Assembly (NCBI RefSeq): GCF_000150275.1
Contig: NW_002060959.1
Location: 1,175,283-1,239,282 of the forward strand
Direction: 5' to 3'
DNA from: Trichoplax adhaerens
Taxonomy: Eukaryota; Animalia; Placozoa
Length of the DNA: 64,000 nucleotides
In this document: in pieces, positions 10,832 through 28,700 of the stretch
How positions within the stretch are numbered: the stretch's first letter is position 1
Layout of the letters: every line of letters begins with the position of its first letter
Program-made: the position numbers and the translations under genes
Notes under the pieces: model-generated
Databases searched by the model: none
What the model was told of the DNA's origin: nothing
The model's input: the letters and a program-made list of their open reading frames with translations, nothing else

Positions 10832-12828
10832 ATTTAATTTTCTAAGATATAAATTATGTAAATAGTTTGATCGATTTACTACATTAGAAGCAAACGAGAT
10901 TCAATTCTGGCCAAGAGTAAACTCATACTACAATTGTAATCCAGCTCAGGTCAATGTTGCTTAATTTAATTTATAGTTAAATTTATAACTGGGTAGCTGC
11001 TCTTGTAAATGTAGATATTTTTGTACTTATAAATTGTAAATAATATACGACATGGTAATAACTTGAGGATGTTTATAAATCGGTTATTCGAATGTAAAGG
11101 TAAATTTGGTAGTCATCTCATTGAAAAATTTTTTACGTAACATTTCTGTTCTGTATTAATTATAATTATCAATGAAAGACTAATGATAATTATTTCAAAT
11201 AGAGATATCTGCTGCAATGTTGAATTCTTATATATGTTTATGCTATTTACTTTAACGGTATCTCTCTTGTAAACTACGTAATTAAAATCCGCATTGCAAA
11301 TTATTGAACATAGCCTTATAGGGCTATCGAATGTACTGTTCGTCTGCTAAAATATAATGCTAAATTAATTATAGGATATAATGATGATAATAACTAATCG
11401 TAATTAATTTGTTTTCATGTATCTGGAAAGATTTATTTTGTAAAATTAATAAAAATATTTGCTTTAGGAAGGACACTAATTATATGCGATTAACTTAAAT
11501 GTTACTCAATTTTACTTGTCGCTCACTCATGTAAGTGATACATTGTACTTTACATCGTAATTAATTTTATATTTGTTGATTTGCATATTGTACTTAGTCG
11601 GTAAGTAACTTTAATATCGATATGTTTAATTGTACAGTAAAACAAAAATCTCTGTTAATTATGTGGCTTCTGTACGTAGGCTTCCTTTTACGTACCTTTG
11701 AGAGGACATCTTCAGAGATAGTAAAGTTCAATTCAAATTCGCATCAATACATATTAGAATTCACGATATCAGTAAAGGTAGATTTTAACTCAATGCTCTT
11801 ATTAATGCCTTATATTAATTGATCACGACACAAGTTAATTCGTGACTGTAACTACCGATTAGAAACTACGATATATTCTAGTAGTAGACTTCTACCATAA
11901 GAACATATTTTATTTGCTTATTAGTTTTAGCCCGTTACCGCTCTTAATACTCGTATTGAGGAGGTAATTATCTTGAAACGCTAGAATAGATACTTACGAA
12001 TAGTAATAAAATCAGAAGAGCTTATAATGTATCAGTCATAATCTGCTCTCTAAGGTAACTGATAATTGCGGCATACTGATATTTTAGTTTAAATAACTAT
12101 GAATGCTTGTATTATTTATCCTAAATGTCTGCGCTTTATGACATTTACGTTACATTCTACCCTCAACTCTGAAGTATAGAACTTAGAATCTGTAACCGAC
12201 AAGGCAATCATTTTATAGAGAAAATAATTTATCGAATGTTAGAAGGTACAAAACAAGTTAAAAGGAAATTAACAATTAGATTTTATTCGCTTACACGGTA
12301 CCAGCAGTGAGCGCCGATTTATTTCTAATTAATGTAATGTATTCTATAGATTATAGGTTCTGTACATTAATGCTTAAAATACGGACACTGCGGATAATTA
12401 ATGCTAGTAACAAACGATACTTAATGTTACTGTCTGTAGACGCGATACAGATATTAACCATGTTAAACAAAATTTGAACCTCAAACAAAGCTTACGAGAA
12501 ACATAGCAAGCTCAGACATTCAGTACGTATGTATCATGATATCTTACTGAAAACTAAATTATAGTCGACAACCGATAGAATTTATATCACAGATAGTGAC
12601 ACTAATATGATGATAATGTAAATTATATCTTTATAAGTAGCATTTTGTTCATAATGCTAAAGCTGCACAGATACATGTTACAGCAATGCACAAACATCGA
12701 TTTCGAATCTTAGGGTAACTAAACGAAGGGACTGCATTAGCAAATACATGTAAGTAGTAGGATAAAATTATAAAAAAATTATGTCGTTTACTAAAATTGT
12801 TTATTTTCAGGTGATGAGTTCAACTTTA

Positions 12829-15800
12829 TTACTGATCCTGAGTAATTAACAAGTCAGCCATTGATTCATTACCGGTAATTTGAAGATTCTATTCATGCGA
12901 TAACAAAGCCAAAAAGATAAAATATATAATTAGACTCCCTAAATTATCGTATTATCTATAATAACAAATCGTAGAAACATGTTATATAAAATAATCTAGA
13001 TCAATTAAAGTGGGCACAATCTATAAATTACATCCATGTTAAAAAATTAACTATTACACTAGTCTGTGTTACATAAGCAAAATCTTATAGTATACATCGC
13101 CCATACTAGCTTATAATTTGACAATTTCTGAATTAACAGTAAATGCCTATGGCTTAAAACATTTTTGCTCACCTTTTCATTTGCTAAATGAAGTAAGCAA
13201 ACGAAACAGATAGGCACCGAAAGATTTTTTGCCGTTGAACCTGATATCTTTTTAGGGATATTGTGATAAACTTCTTTAAATGACTGTTCAGTAGTAAGTT
13301 TTTCTAATAACTTCGTCTCCTGTTGTGATATTTCTGGATTAATGTTCTCATTGAAGTTTTCTTTATTATCCTGTTGAAATAAAACCAAAACAACTTAATG
13401 TCATTAACGCCCCTCCAACAAAGCTTAGGTTAGCTTAGAAAGATGATTATTTCTGTGATTTAATAGATACCGCATCTTCGGTCGGTTTACAAAGAGCATC
13501 CCACATTGCAGTTTTTAATTTTCTTACATCCACTTTTTTCGCCGTTTTCGCATAATTTATTTCAATTTTATTTACCTGAAAATTGATTGATGATATCGTA
13601 TTATTAACTATCCATCTTAATTAATCAACGCACACTATATAAGCATAACGGCATATATCTGAAATTACAGTCAGTTACCTTCCTCGGTTCTGTAACTAAT
13701 TGTGTATCGTCTAACATGTCTAAATTAAAACCACTTTGAGCCATATTCGATTGAACACTTTGAAGTTGATCTGCTTCAAAGTTATCTCTATCGTCATCGT
13801 CATCATCATCGTAGTCGACCTATTTTTAGAAGTAATGTTAATTATTATAAGCAATTCAGAACCGGATAGCTACATCATACAGGTATAGGTAGTCGTAAAT
13901 CCTTCATAAATAAAAAATTGTTCTTACCGCGACATTGGGACAGTAATTTTGGCGATCATTTGGATTATTATAATCATACCAATTGCTATCATCTTCTATT
14001 GTATCGCTTTGATTTCCTTGATGCCACTTTACCTGTCAATCAAAAAGTAAAATTTATTTTCTATTATAAAAACATTAGCAAAATAAATTTTAAAGTTTTT
14101 TCATTTCGTGTATAACAATATCGTACCATCATTTTTGGCTTTGTGAATAATAAAAACAGTGTATCTGCTTCGTAATGCAGGTCCTCCGGTAGCGTAGTCT
14201 GCTCTGATGAACGACCCTTAAGGGTAGCTTTTGACAACGTTATAGCACTCTGTAACATATTCAGTACAGTCAATGTCAAAAAGTCTTTTCGATTTACTTT
14301 TTAGAATAATCAGATGATATATAATAATTACAACCTTTCCTTTCGAGAAACATTTTTCAAAATCGACATCAGCGGAGAAATCAACTTTGAATGGCACTCG
14401 CTTTTGACTTGTTGGTCTACTATGCTTATCGGTAGATTTTAATTCACGAGAAATTGGCTGCAATTTCCAATGTTTAGGACCAGCCCAGGTAGCCAAGACG
14501 GCATTATTGAAGTAAGAGTACTCTGATAGTTTCAATGCAGACTCTAGAAATAATTTCGGATCCTTCGTTGGGCGAAACATTGCCCCACTACAAAGATGAT
14601 AAACCATCATATCAAAATTACTAGATAATTTCTTATTCTTGCTGGTATCAGTAGTGAACATACATAGGATTATTTTCATCCAAATGTGCGGCTTCTTGAT
14701 CATGAGTAAAATCTATCTGAGCTCGAACATCATCAATTGTTTTATTCGGAATATCGTTGCCATCATCGTCATCGTCAGAATCGATATAATCATAATGTTG
14801 CAGACTGTTATCTACATTTAAAAGAATAAAAAACACATTTTAAAAAGACTGTATACGGATGAATGAATCTTAATCGCAAATGAATATTAAGGTTAAATTG
14901 TATACGCAACCGTACCGGATGGATTAGCCGTAAAGGAGTGATTCATAATTTGATTAGAAGTTACAGCATTCTGTTGATAGAAAGAGATATGGAATTAACC
15001 ACTGATAACATATTCCATAAGAAAAACAACAGTCTACAAAAGTAGTACCTGATTTGAATCGTGAGTCGCTTTCGAAGATAAATAATCGATCTTAGGACAT
15101 ATGCTTAAATCTTCCGTACATAAGCACCTTAAACATCCTAGTTTACGTGAAATTTTAATTGATGATATTGTCACTATTTATTCAATAGCGCGTAATGCAT
15201 TAGTCACAAATATATGATACGATAATAATTACAATATTCTTACCCTTCCATTCGCTGATATCAACAGTCATCTCATCAGAAACTTCTTCTTTGTTTTCAT
15301 CTTTAAAATAGCACCTAGTCGTGTTGGCTATAACGTTTGAATTAATGCTAATTTCATCCATACTGTCGTCATTAAAAAACAGCGTATGTAAGAGTAGTCC
15401 CGCAGTCCCAGATTCGTCAAAGGCTGCGCTATTCTTTTGGAATAGCGGGTCAACCTGTAAAGAATTTAAACATAGTAAGAATTAAGTTATATGAAAAGAA
15501 TGAAAATAAACTTTCTCAAAGAGATGCTTATAATATTGTAGTAACTTACTTCAAACTGTAAATCGATGTGTTCCGTATTTAAAGAAGCAACATTTTCTTC
15601 GATAGTCTGAACTTTTCGGGCAAGATTCTATTACACAATTTGTATGGTAGTTTTTTGTTACTCAGATGCATAAAAAAATATCCTGGCTAAAAATAAGCGA
15701 GATAACTATTTAAATAGTAACTATTTCTTGATAACCAGATATACGTGCATTAATGGAATTCTTATTGCATATACTGTATGACAAGTACAGTAAGCGGCAG

Positions 15801-17475
15801 CTAGCATAAAATAGCTGAGATTGACTTTAGATAACAAGTTCTCTTGTAACATCATCATAGGCATTAATTTGGCGTATAAATTTACTTCATTAAAGAAGGT
15901 CAAATTGTCAGATAGTTTGTAACCTTTCTGCGTGCTTTATCACTATCTTCGGTATCATTCTGATCTTGATTTTTTTCTTTATCTATTTGACATAGAATTC
16001 ATCGACGATTATATACAAATAGTAGCAGAAATGAAATGACATCTAGCAGCTTACCTTCCGATCTTCCTAACCCTCCTAATACTTTATAAGCCTCACTATG
16101 TACACTATCGATACGTCCAGCATAAATTTTAGCACTAGCATCCAGCGTGCAACTTGCAATCTTTATCCAGTTTCGATAAAATATAAAAAATTAATACTCT
16201 ACTGACTACATGATATCTCTACTGAATGAGTTAGGATTCAATTTATTAGTGCTTTTTTCTAACCCTAATTGTAAAATTAAGACTATCATACGTGCTGTAT
16301 TTAATCAATCTCAAAATGAATTTTAACAACAGCAGTCATTGAATTGTTAAGAAATAGAAGGCGATAAATATTGTATTTGTTGCATGCACAAGATTAGAAT
16401 CCGACCTGAAAATTAGTTGCTCCATTTTGATTCTTAATAACGTCAGCCATGTAGTCAATTAAATGCAAGGCGAAAGCATTTTTTGATGTGATTTTCTAGT
16501 TCATTCATTTTGTAGATGAAGAGATCAAGGCAAAATGATAAAAATGGATTACTTAATTGGCTATGGTGCAAAATGGATACGAGAGTAGGAGCCAGATAAA
16601 GCAGATCTTTGTATTGCATGTACATTAAGGTTAATATACCGTATAGTATTGCATCATAATTAATCATTTCGATGGTGTACGCGTATTTCAAACTAACAAC
16701 TCTTTTGGTAAGGTATAACACTGTCAGTTAGCCAAGAACAAGACAACTAAATATCTACGTACATTTTCCGTGGATAATTTAATGCAATTGGAATAATGTT
16801 CTTTGAGTTGGGCATTGGTCAATCCGTCAGATGCGTCCACTACCGCGGACCTATTTACAATTGAATTCGATATTAATAATCAATCAAAAACGAGTATGTA
16901 GGTCTGAAATGGTTCTGATTTGATTACGTTATTAGTACAAGTTTATTTGATAATTATAAATAAGCATTGTAATGATGATGACAGTAATAATAGTTAATGT
17001 ACGAGTCATACTGTAGGTATGGTGAAAATTGACTGGTGACTGTTGGTTGAATGTAAGCTACAGTAGCACACTTGGAGTCGATATGAATCATCTGCAGTAA
17101 AGCTAGTAGAATTGGCCAATTTTAGATTTGGAAGCATAACTGATGTATTTTCAATAGGTACTGTAGTTGAAGAGTCCTATGAAATTTTTTGTTGTCTTAA
17201 AGCTAAGGTGATATGACGAATGTGAACACTACTGCTAAACATGTTATCCTTTCTACTTGAAGATACCGTTTTTTGGTATGATCCTTAGTTAAAGGACTTT
17301 CAACACCACTCAAGCGACTACGACGGCGTTGACGTCGTTCTCGGCTATCATCATTATCGATGATATGTGGACTGCTGGAACCATAGCCACTTTGACGACG
17401 TTTTTGACCTTGCAATGACGGAGAAAATAACGGACTCAATCCAGTAGCCGAGTTGAAGCTTTCATTTTTAGCCAT
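12829..17475 (-). CDS. NCAPH: Condensin complex subunit 2 (barren / CAP-H kleisin); multi-exon
   Basis: Motifs: [100 protein letters not shown]. Stop at 12829-12831. Confidence 0.95.
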
Positions 17476-18247
17476 GTCCTTTCAAAATAACATGAAGAAT
17501 AAACTTCCAATTTGTATTATTTTACGTAGACAATCATTTCCTGTGGTGAGAAAATAGGATCAATTGGATTTCACAAGCACACCAGCATAGCCCATGTATA
17601 GCCGGTGGATCTGTCAAATCGGCTTGAACCGAAAGAGTCAAGTAACTGATTGGATAGAGTGTCTACTAACATTTGACATGGCGATATGTACAGTAGAGTA
17701 GTAGTTTTTTTTTTTTCAATTAGTTTATTGATCAATATTGAAAGTCCTGGACGACCTAGCGCTTGTATACTCAATTTTGAACAGGATTGAATAGAATCCT
17801 ACTATCAAAGGCTGTAACGCTTGTCGTCTTCCAATGACTAACAGTATCATGAATTCATTGGCAAAAGACCGTAAACTAGTTATTCCATCCTAGCTAGAAT
17901 GAATTGACGTCAGTGAAAAAATAGACAAGAACGAACAGTGAATCGACTCACTTCCTTCTTCTTATGCTTTCTTTCTTCTGAACGTTGTAATCACTCAATT
18001 TAAAATGTGCCCAAAATTCAATATGGCTGTCAAGAAGATGCTGGATATGATAGCAGTCAATTACAGTGGTGACAACAAATGGGTCAGATACAGTTATGAA
18101 CTGAATTTATGAATTCAAATTTGGGGGGGCATGATTGACTGTCTTGATGGAATAGCGATGCGCATATCCCACTGTTGTTCCTCTACTGTATGCACTATTT
18201 GCCAGCAAGTTGTGTGGCCAGAGCGAGAGAATCAACCTGTGACGTTG

Positions 18248-18286
18248 TTCCCGCTTGGGTTTGAATTTGAAAGTCATGTCACGTGA
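18248..18286. promoter_or_regulatory. NCAPH promoter cluster: E2F (TTCCCGC), two CHR (TTTGAA) and an E-box (TCACGTGA)
   Basis: Motifs at 18248-54, 18260-65, 18266-71 and 18279-86, upstream of a likely non-coding first exon (donor near 17950). Confidence 0.5.
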
Positions 18287-18295
18287 GCGTGTCAG

Positions 18296-18770
18296 CGATC
18301 TGATTTGTTTACACGGGCTAACGCATTGCGCAGTAGAACGTTGTTGTTTTTCATTCTTTTGACCTGTACAAGTGTACAGTACAGTACAGTACTGTACAGT
18401 ACAGTAGTCATCCGAACCCTGGCGCTTTGTACTGTACACTGTACACTGTACTGTACTGTACAGTACAGTGTACAGTACAGTTAATGTCATAATCGTGGAT
18501 CTGATTTGTTTACACGGGCTAACACATTGCGCAGTAGAGCGTTGTTGTTTTTCAGTCTTTTGACCTGTACAGTGTACAGTACAGTAGTCATCCGAACCTT
18601 GGCGCTTTGTACTGTACACTGTACACTGTACATGTCATAATGGTGGATCTGATTTGTTTACACGGCTAACGAATTGCGCAGTAGAACCTTGTTGTTTTTC
18701 AGTCTTTTGACCTGTACTGTAGAGTGTACAGTCATCCGAACCCTCACGCTTTGTACTGTACACGGTACAG
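18296..18770. repeat. Three direct copies of a ~150-200 bp unit in the NCAPH/LETM1 divergent promoter
   Basis: gatctgatttgtttacacgg...ttgcgcagtaga...ttttgacctgtac...gtcatccgaacc...gctttgtactgtacac starts at ~18297, ~18498 and ~18646. Confidence 0.9.
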
Positions 18771-18924
18771 GATATACAGTACAGTACTGTAGGTGGAGTC
18801 TGCGTACTGTTGTACTGTGCAACACTGTACTTTGCACGGCATGCGCACACGCAGTACAGTCGATGAAGGGACACTGGTCAAAACGCAATATTGAGTCATT
18901 TTATATCATCTTTGATGGTCATGC

Positions 18925-19240
18925 TTGTACTGTACTGTTCTGTCTGTACACGTACAGTACTGTACTGTACTGTACAGTACATTCTAATACGATACTGTAC
19001 TGTACAGTGTACAGTGTGAGCCAGTTCTCTAGTACAGTACAGTACTGTACTGTACACTACAGTACACACAGTGTACAGTATGGTCACTACAGTACACTGT
19101 ACTGTACTGTAACCCATGCTAATCGCACGACTTTCTTCTATACTCTCACGTGCTGACTCATAAGCAATTAAGCATGCCTGACTCACGGACTATACAGTAT
19201 ACTGTACTGTACAGTACAGTATGGTACATACAAAGTACAG
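18925..19240. repeat. TACAG/CTGTA/TGTACA low-complexity array
   Basis: Dense tgtactgtac and tacagtacag blocks in both orientations. These generate the spurious C/T/V/Y-rich ORFs in the track. Confidence 0.85.
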
Positions 19241-19266
19241 CGTACCGTTGAATGATAGCATCCAAC

Positions 19267-19430
19267 AAAATGGCGTTGTGGTGATGCAACGTCACAGAAG
19301 TGACATTACCAGTTCAACCACTCAACTGGGATGACGTGCGTACGTAGGACGTAGCGACAGTCGACTCACCTGACTGACCTGACCGCAACGAGTATAAAAG
19401 GGCAAGCCTCTCTATTGCACTCGCTCAGTA
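19267..19430 (+). promoter_or_regulatory. LETM1 core promoter: YY1-like AAAATGGCG, CRE-like TGACGT, TATA box, Inr-like site
   Basis: TATAAAAG at 19393-19400 with CTCAGT ~30 bp downstream, ~175 bp before the ATG. Confidence 0.55.
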
Positions 19431-19569
19431 AGCCTCAGTTGACGTTGGGCAAGTGGCAAAAGTTCTATTGCTGACAACCGTAAGGTCTGACTGTCTACTC
19501 TTCCACTGTAAAGACGTACAGTAGGCAGTGCCAGCGCACTCAATAAACAGTGTACAACACCATCCAAGG

Positions 19570-24631
<5,062 letters not shown>

Positions 24632-26003
24632 CTTATTAATTTTTTATATTCACATGATATCATTTATTCGTTGTAAATTCATATCCTAGTATATTGCATT
24701 GATGGCGTATCAATACGTTGTCTTTCAATATTGCCTATCGAGCGCTCTGCCTAAAAATCATTTTATTATTTTACAATTACTTCAAATTTTAGCTACATGA
24801 TCTATGGCTTGCTATAGTAATCGTCACAGTATGTACTCGAATTGTATCATACAAGCTTTGTGCCAAATCTTTAACTTGACATATTAACATGCAGACTGAT
24901 ATTGGTAAACGTGTTTCAATGAATCGCATGATATCTTTACATTGCTATGAAGAATTCCGAGATAATTTGAAATAATGGATTGGTAGTTGAACTTAACTAT
25001 ATTGTAGGTATTTTGTTTACATGGTGTGATCGGCTGTGCATACTCTCAGTACTGTACTGAGATTTAGTGCAATTGGCTATGTTTTAGCGATATTGTATCA
25101 GTAAACAAATAGTGGTTAGCTAAATTTGGTGATGAATTAGTCTGTAGATGAGATAAAATTACGATACTATTTTCTACTTAACGCGTCAACTCCAGGTTTA
25201 TTATTTAATTCTATGAAATTTATTACAATCAAATAGTATATTTGTTTGTTTCTATAAAACGATAAAGGTGCTTTGAGAGTCGGTAATCCAAATCAGATTA
25301 AATAAATCAATTTTACTGCTGAATGGATTAGTGAATTTAATCTGCGTAGTAAAATGTTTGCCATAGGATGATTGATAGCTCCCAGCTACTACGCGCAATG
25401 GATAAAAATTGAATTATTTATGGAGTTTTGGAAAGCTAAAAGCTGAAAGATTGGCTATTGCAATCGAATATTTGCCAGGATAATCTCCAGCTTGCTGTGA
25501 GGCCGTGACCCTACGATTAGCTATGTTAAGGTTCAAAATCGGTTATGTTACTGATTTCTGCACCCAAGCGTCGTTGAGTACTGCCGACTGATTCTGAAGT
25601 ACGCGTACAGTACAGTATGTTTGACAAGAAATATTAAAATGCTGGTTACAAATGATGACGATAGCGGGATTGTGTAAGAATCAGAGAGATCAATTTTGAA
25701 CTATTTGAATTTCAGTCTCACTGGAGCTCGCTAGCTATTAACGATATGCTACATAGAAATGCAAGCTTGCACTAGCAGTCATCAATGGGTTAGTGTTTTA
25801 ACTAAAATATGAATTAATTCACGACAGCCCCAAAAATAGACGTGGGTTCGGATTGATCGAAAGTTTTCGAGTTTTTGCAGAATCATTGACGTACCGGCAT
25901 CGCGTTGTTGATTTTAAATCAAGCCCTGATGAAACAGTTAACTTCAACACTACTGTACAAGTGTATATCAAGCAGCAATGCTGATATCACTATTAGCCCC
26001 ATT

Positions 26004-26079
26004 CAGAATGCATCGAGCTCGTTGTGTACTTGGGTGAATCATGTGCAAGTATACGTATGAACGAGTTCGATGCATTCTG
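26004..26079 (+). other. 76-nt long-stem hairpin (inverted repeat)
   Basis: 20-bp outer stem and 9-bp inner stem, each with one G:U pair, plus a 5-nt bulge and a 13-nt loop. Confidence 0.7.
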
Positions 26080-26314
26080 TCTGGTTGTATGCATAGACTA
26101 CTGTAATGTACTAAAAGAAGACCTGGACTGATGACTCCTTGGACTAAGATTTCGCTTGGAAACAGTTAAATACGATCGTCGACGTTATTTAAATTAGTAC
26201 TCGTGATTTAGAAAGCAGACACGGAAGATGCAAACTTAGTAGCCACTTTTCCGATATTGACGGCCACATTTGGTAAGAAGAGTGCGTCTGTCTCAACGTC
26301 TGTCTCAGGCACTC

Positions 26315-26402
26315 ACTGTACAGTGTACAGTGTACAGTGAGTATACTGTACAGTACAACATAGTACTGTAAAGTATACTGTACACTGTACAGTACTGTAC
26401 TG
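26315..26402. repeat. TACAG/CTGTA array upstream of the presumed non-coding first exon of the GPCR gene
   Basis: actgtacagtgtacagtgtacagtgagtatactgtacagtac... followed by TATAAAA (~26418) and a splice donor near 26563. Confidence 0.7.
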
Positions 26403-28700
26403 AGAGTAGTGACTACGCTATAAAATCTTTTTTGGGCAAATCGGTGAACAAAGGCAAAATAAAACTGGCAAGTGGCAACTGATCAGTGTGCTGTGCCGCC
26501 GCATCGATTTTGGTATTGCTAAAAAGGAGAGAAAGAATTCTCTGGTTCATCGAAAGTTTACGGTAAGGTAAATCACTTTGCTTTCATTTCAACTTTAGGT
26601 TGAAATTGTAATATCAATCGCGTATAGCTTGCTGGCACATAAAAATACTTGAAGGTTGTCGGCTATCTTACGAGGGACGATAAAGTGTAGAAGCGTTCCT
26701 TTTTTTTTGGAAAACCCATATTCCAGTGGTATATTTTAATTAACCAACTGTACACTTATGAACTCGTACGAATTATATTGTTGTACCATATACCCGTGGA
26801 GATAAATACAATTAATTCAATTTCCTAATAGCTAAAATAGGTTTTTCTCAAGTGATTGCATTCCATGACGATCAACTGTTGGATATTGATAGGACCAAAG
26901 TCATGATTTTTATATTGTGATTACATCACCTCTTGTTGTATTTTTACGTATACGGGTATGCGTATTGAATGAAGGGTTAAGCAATTCATGCAACGGCTGC
27001 ACGCTAATCGCTCGAAATTTGTACTGGACGAGTGTACAAATTGCAGTTTACACACACTATACTGTAGAATGGAGTTAAAATAGGCATCGGCTACTAAAAA
27101 TGAACTTGACTCTGAATGCCCGTTTTACCAACTGATAGTCTTATCCAGTAAGCTGTTGTTTGTTAACAACAATTATATTACAATTATAATTTGAGTGGAT
27201 ATTTTTCGTATTATGAAGTTGTCAACATGACACTATATTCTGTAATAATGAAGTTTCCCTTACCAACAAACCGACCGTAATCCTCGCGCACTGATCGTCT
27301 CTTCTTGGATTTTCTACCAGGACGTACTACATTATCGACGTTGTGTGAGAAATGTTATGATACTGTACTCCATGTTTGTCTAACATAATTATATAATCGA
27401 GCATTTCTTCTATGGCTGTAAATTTGACTTGCTACGTAGACCGCATATAAGATGAGCTTGGCTAAAAATATACCCTTACGACAGCGAAAATTGGAGTAAT
27501 TAACCTAATGATTACTAGTTAATCAATGATCAATCATGACATTCACTACTGAATGATCCAAGCCACCCGTCATATCTTTGCCAAGGTATATTTATCGTGC
27601 GTGCTCTTAATCTCATGGTCTCATGACAGTGTACTTAAAAAGCGTTGAATAGAGTAAGTAGCAGTTTCAACAAACTGAACTACTGTAAAAGTAAATACTC
27701 TTACTCTCCAGTAGTCGTCATATGTTTGTTGGCACCATTTTGTTATCCATCCCATCAAGTCAACCCACTTGTACACTTTACAGCGTACGTGAAATATTTC
27801 CATCCGCTGGAAAATTGGAGTACTGAGTATGCAATGTAGTCCATGTTTTTTACTGCATACGCTATGATTCCCTAATGGAGTCACGCTTCAGTATACAGTA
27901 CTGTGCAGTAGCATTGCAAATATTTCTGGTTTTTTTTCCCCTTACAGCACTGGCTCAATATTTCGATCCGCTAGACTAGTGTACTTAGTGCCGAAGGCAA
28001 ATCTTGACAACACTGCTAGAAAAGCTATTGAATAGCTTTTTCTTTTACCTCTATGGCCTAAATTGAAAAGTTATTGACTATAAAACACGACAACTGCTGC
28101 ATTACTCTAACTCAGTCCCTGCTTTCGCCATGGCGATTTTAGCACCTGCACAACTCGTGCGCAGTGGATAATCGCCCTAAAAGGGAGCTACAGTATTTAT
28201 CCAGTGATCTACAGTGCTGTACTCTAGACTTGTAGGACTGTAGTGCATGACAGTATCGTGCCTCAAACAATACGTTACAGTCAATAGAAAGAAAAGGAAG
28301 TTGGCGACCGATGGTATGCTAACCACGTGTCAGCAATAACCAACCGTACAGTACTGTACAGTCGCCACTGGTCAACCTTTCGTCTTGGATCATCGTCTTG
28401 CCATCTGTCAGTACTAGTCCAAATTTGTCTCTCATCACTAAATCAACTCGGATTAAGTGCGGCTACTATCGAAGGCTATATAAACAGACATTGATTTTTC
28501 GACTGTAGACCATTGAAACTTGTATAACTTGTGTAACGAATGACTGTTGTTTTTCCTCATTTATTAATAAAATCATTTTTTTGCTGTGGATTACAGGACT
28601 TAAGTTGAAAGATTGCTTTTTAAATGAAGCGATAACTGGTCAAGACCAGCGCAGTGTCGCAATAATAGGGCCAAATTGAAAGTGTCAATCGCAATACAAG

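Noticed and set aside
18107-19186. Cys/Thr/Val/Tyr-rich ORFs (up to 170 aa) on both strands
   Set aside because: They are translations of TACAG/CTGTA low-complexity DNA and the triplicated unit. The same applies to 5455..5796.
28018-28042. Short hairpin AAAAGCTATT-G-AATAGCTTTT resembling an intrinsic terminator
   Set aside because: Eukaryotic intron context and an AT-rich 10-bp stem; plausible by chance.
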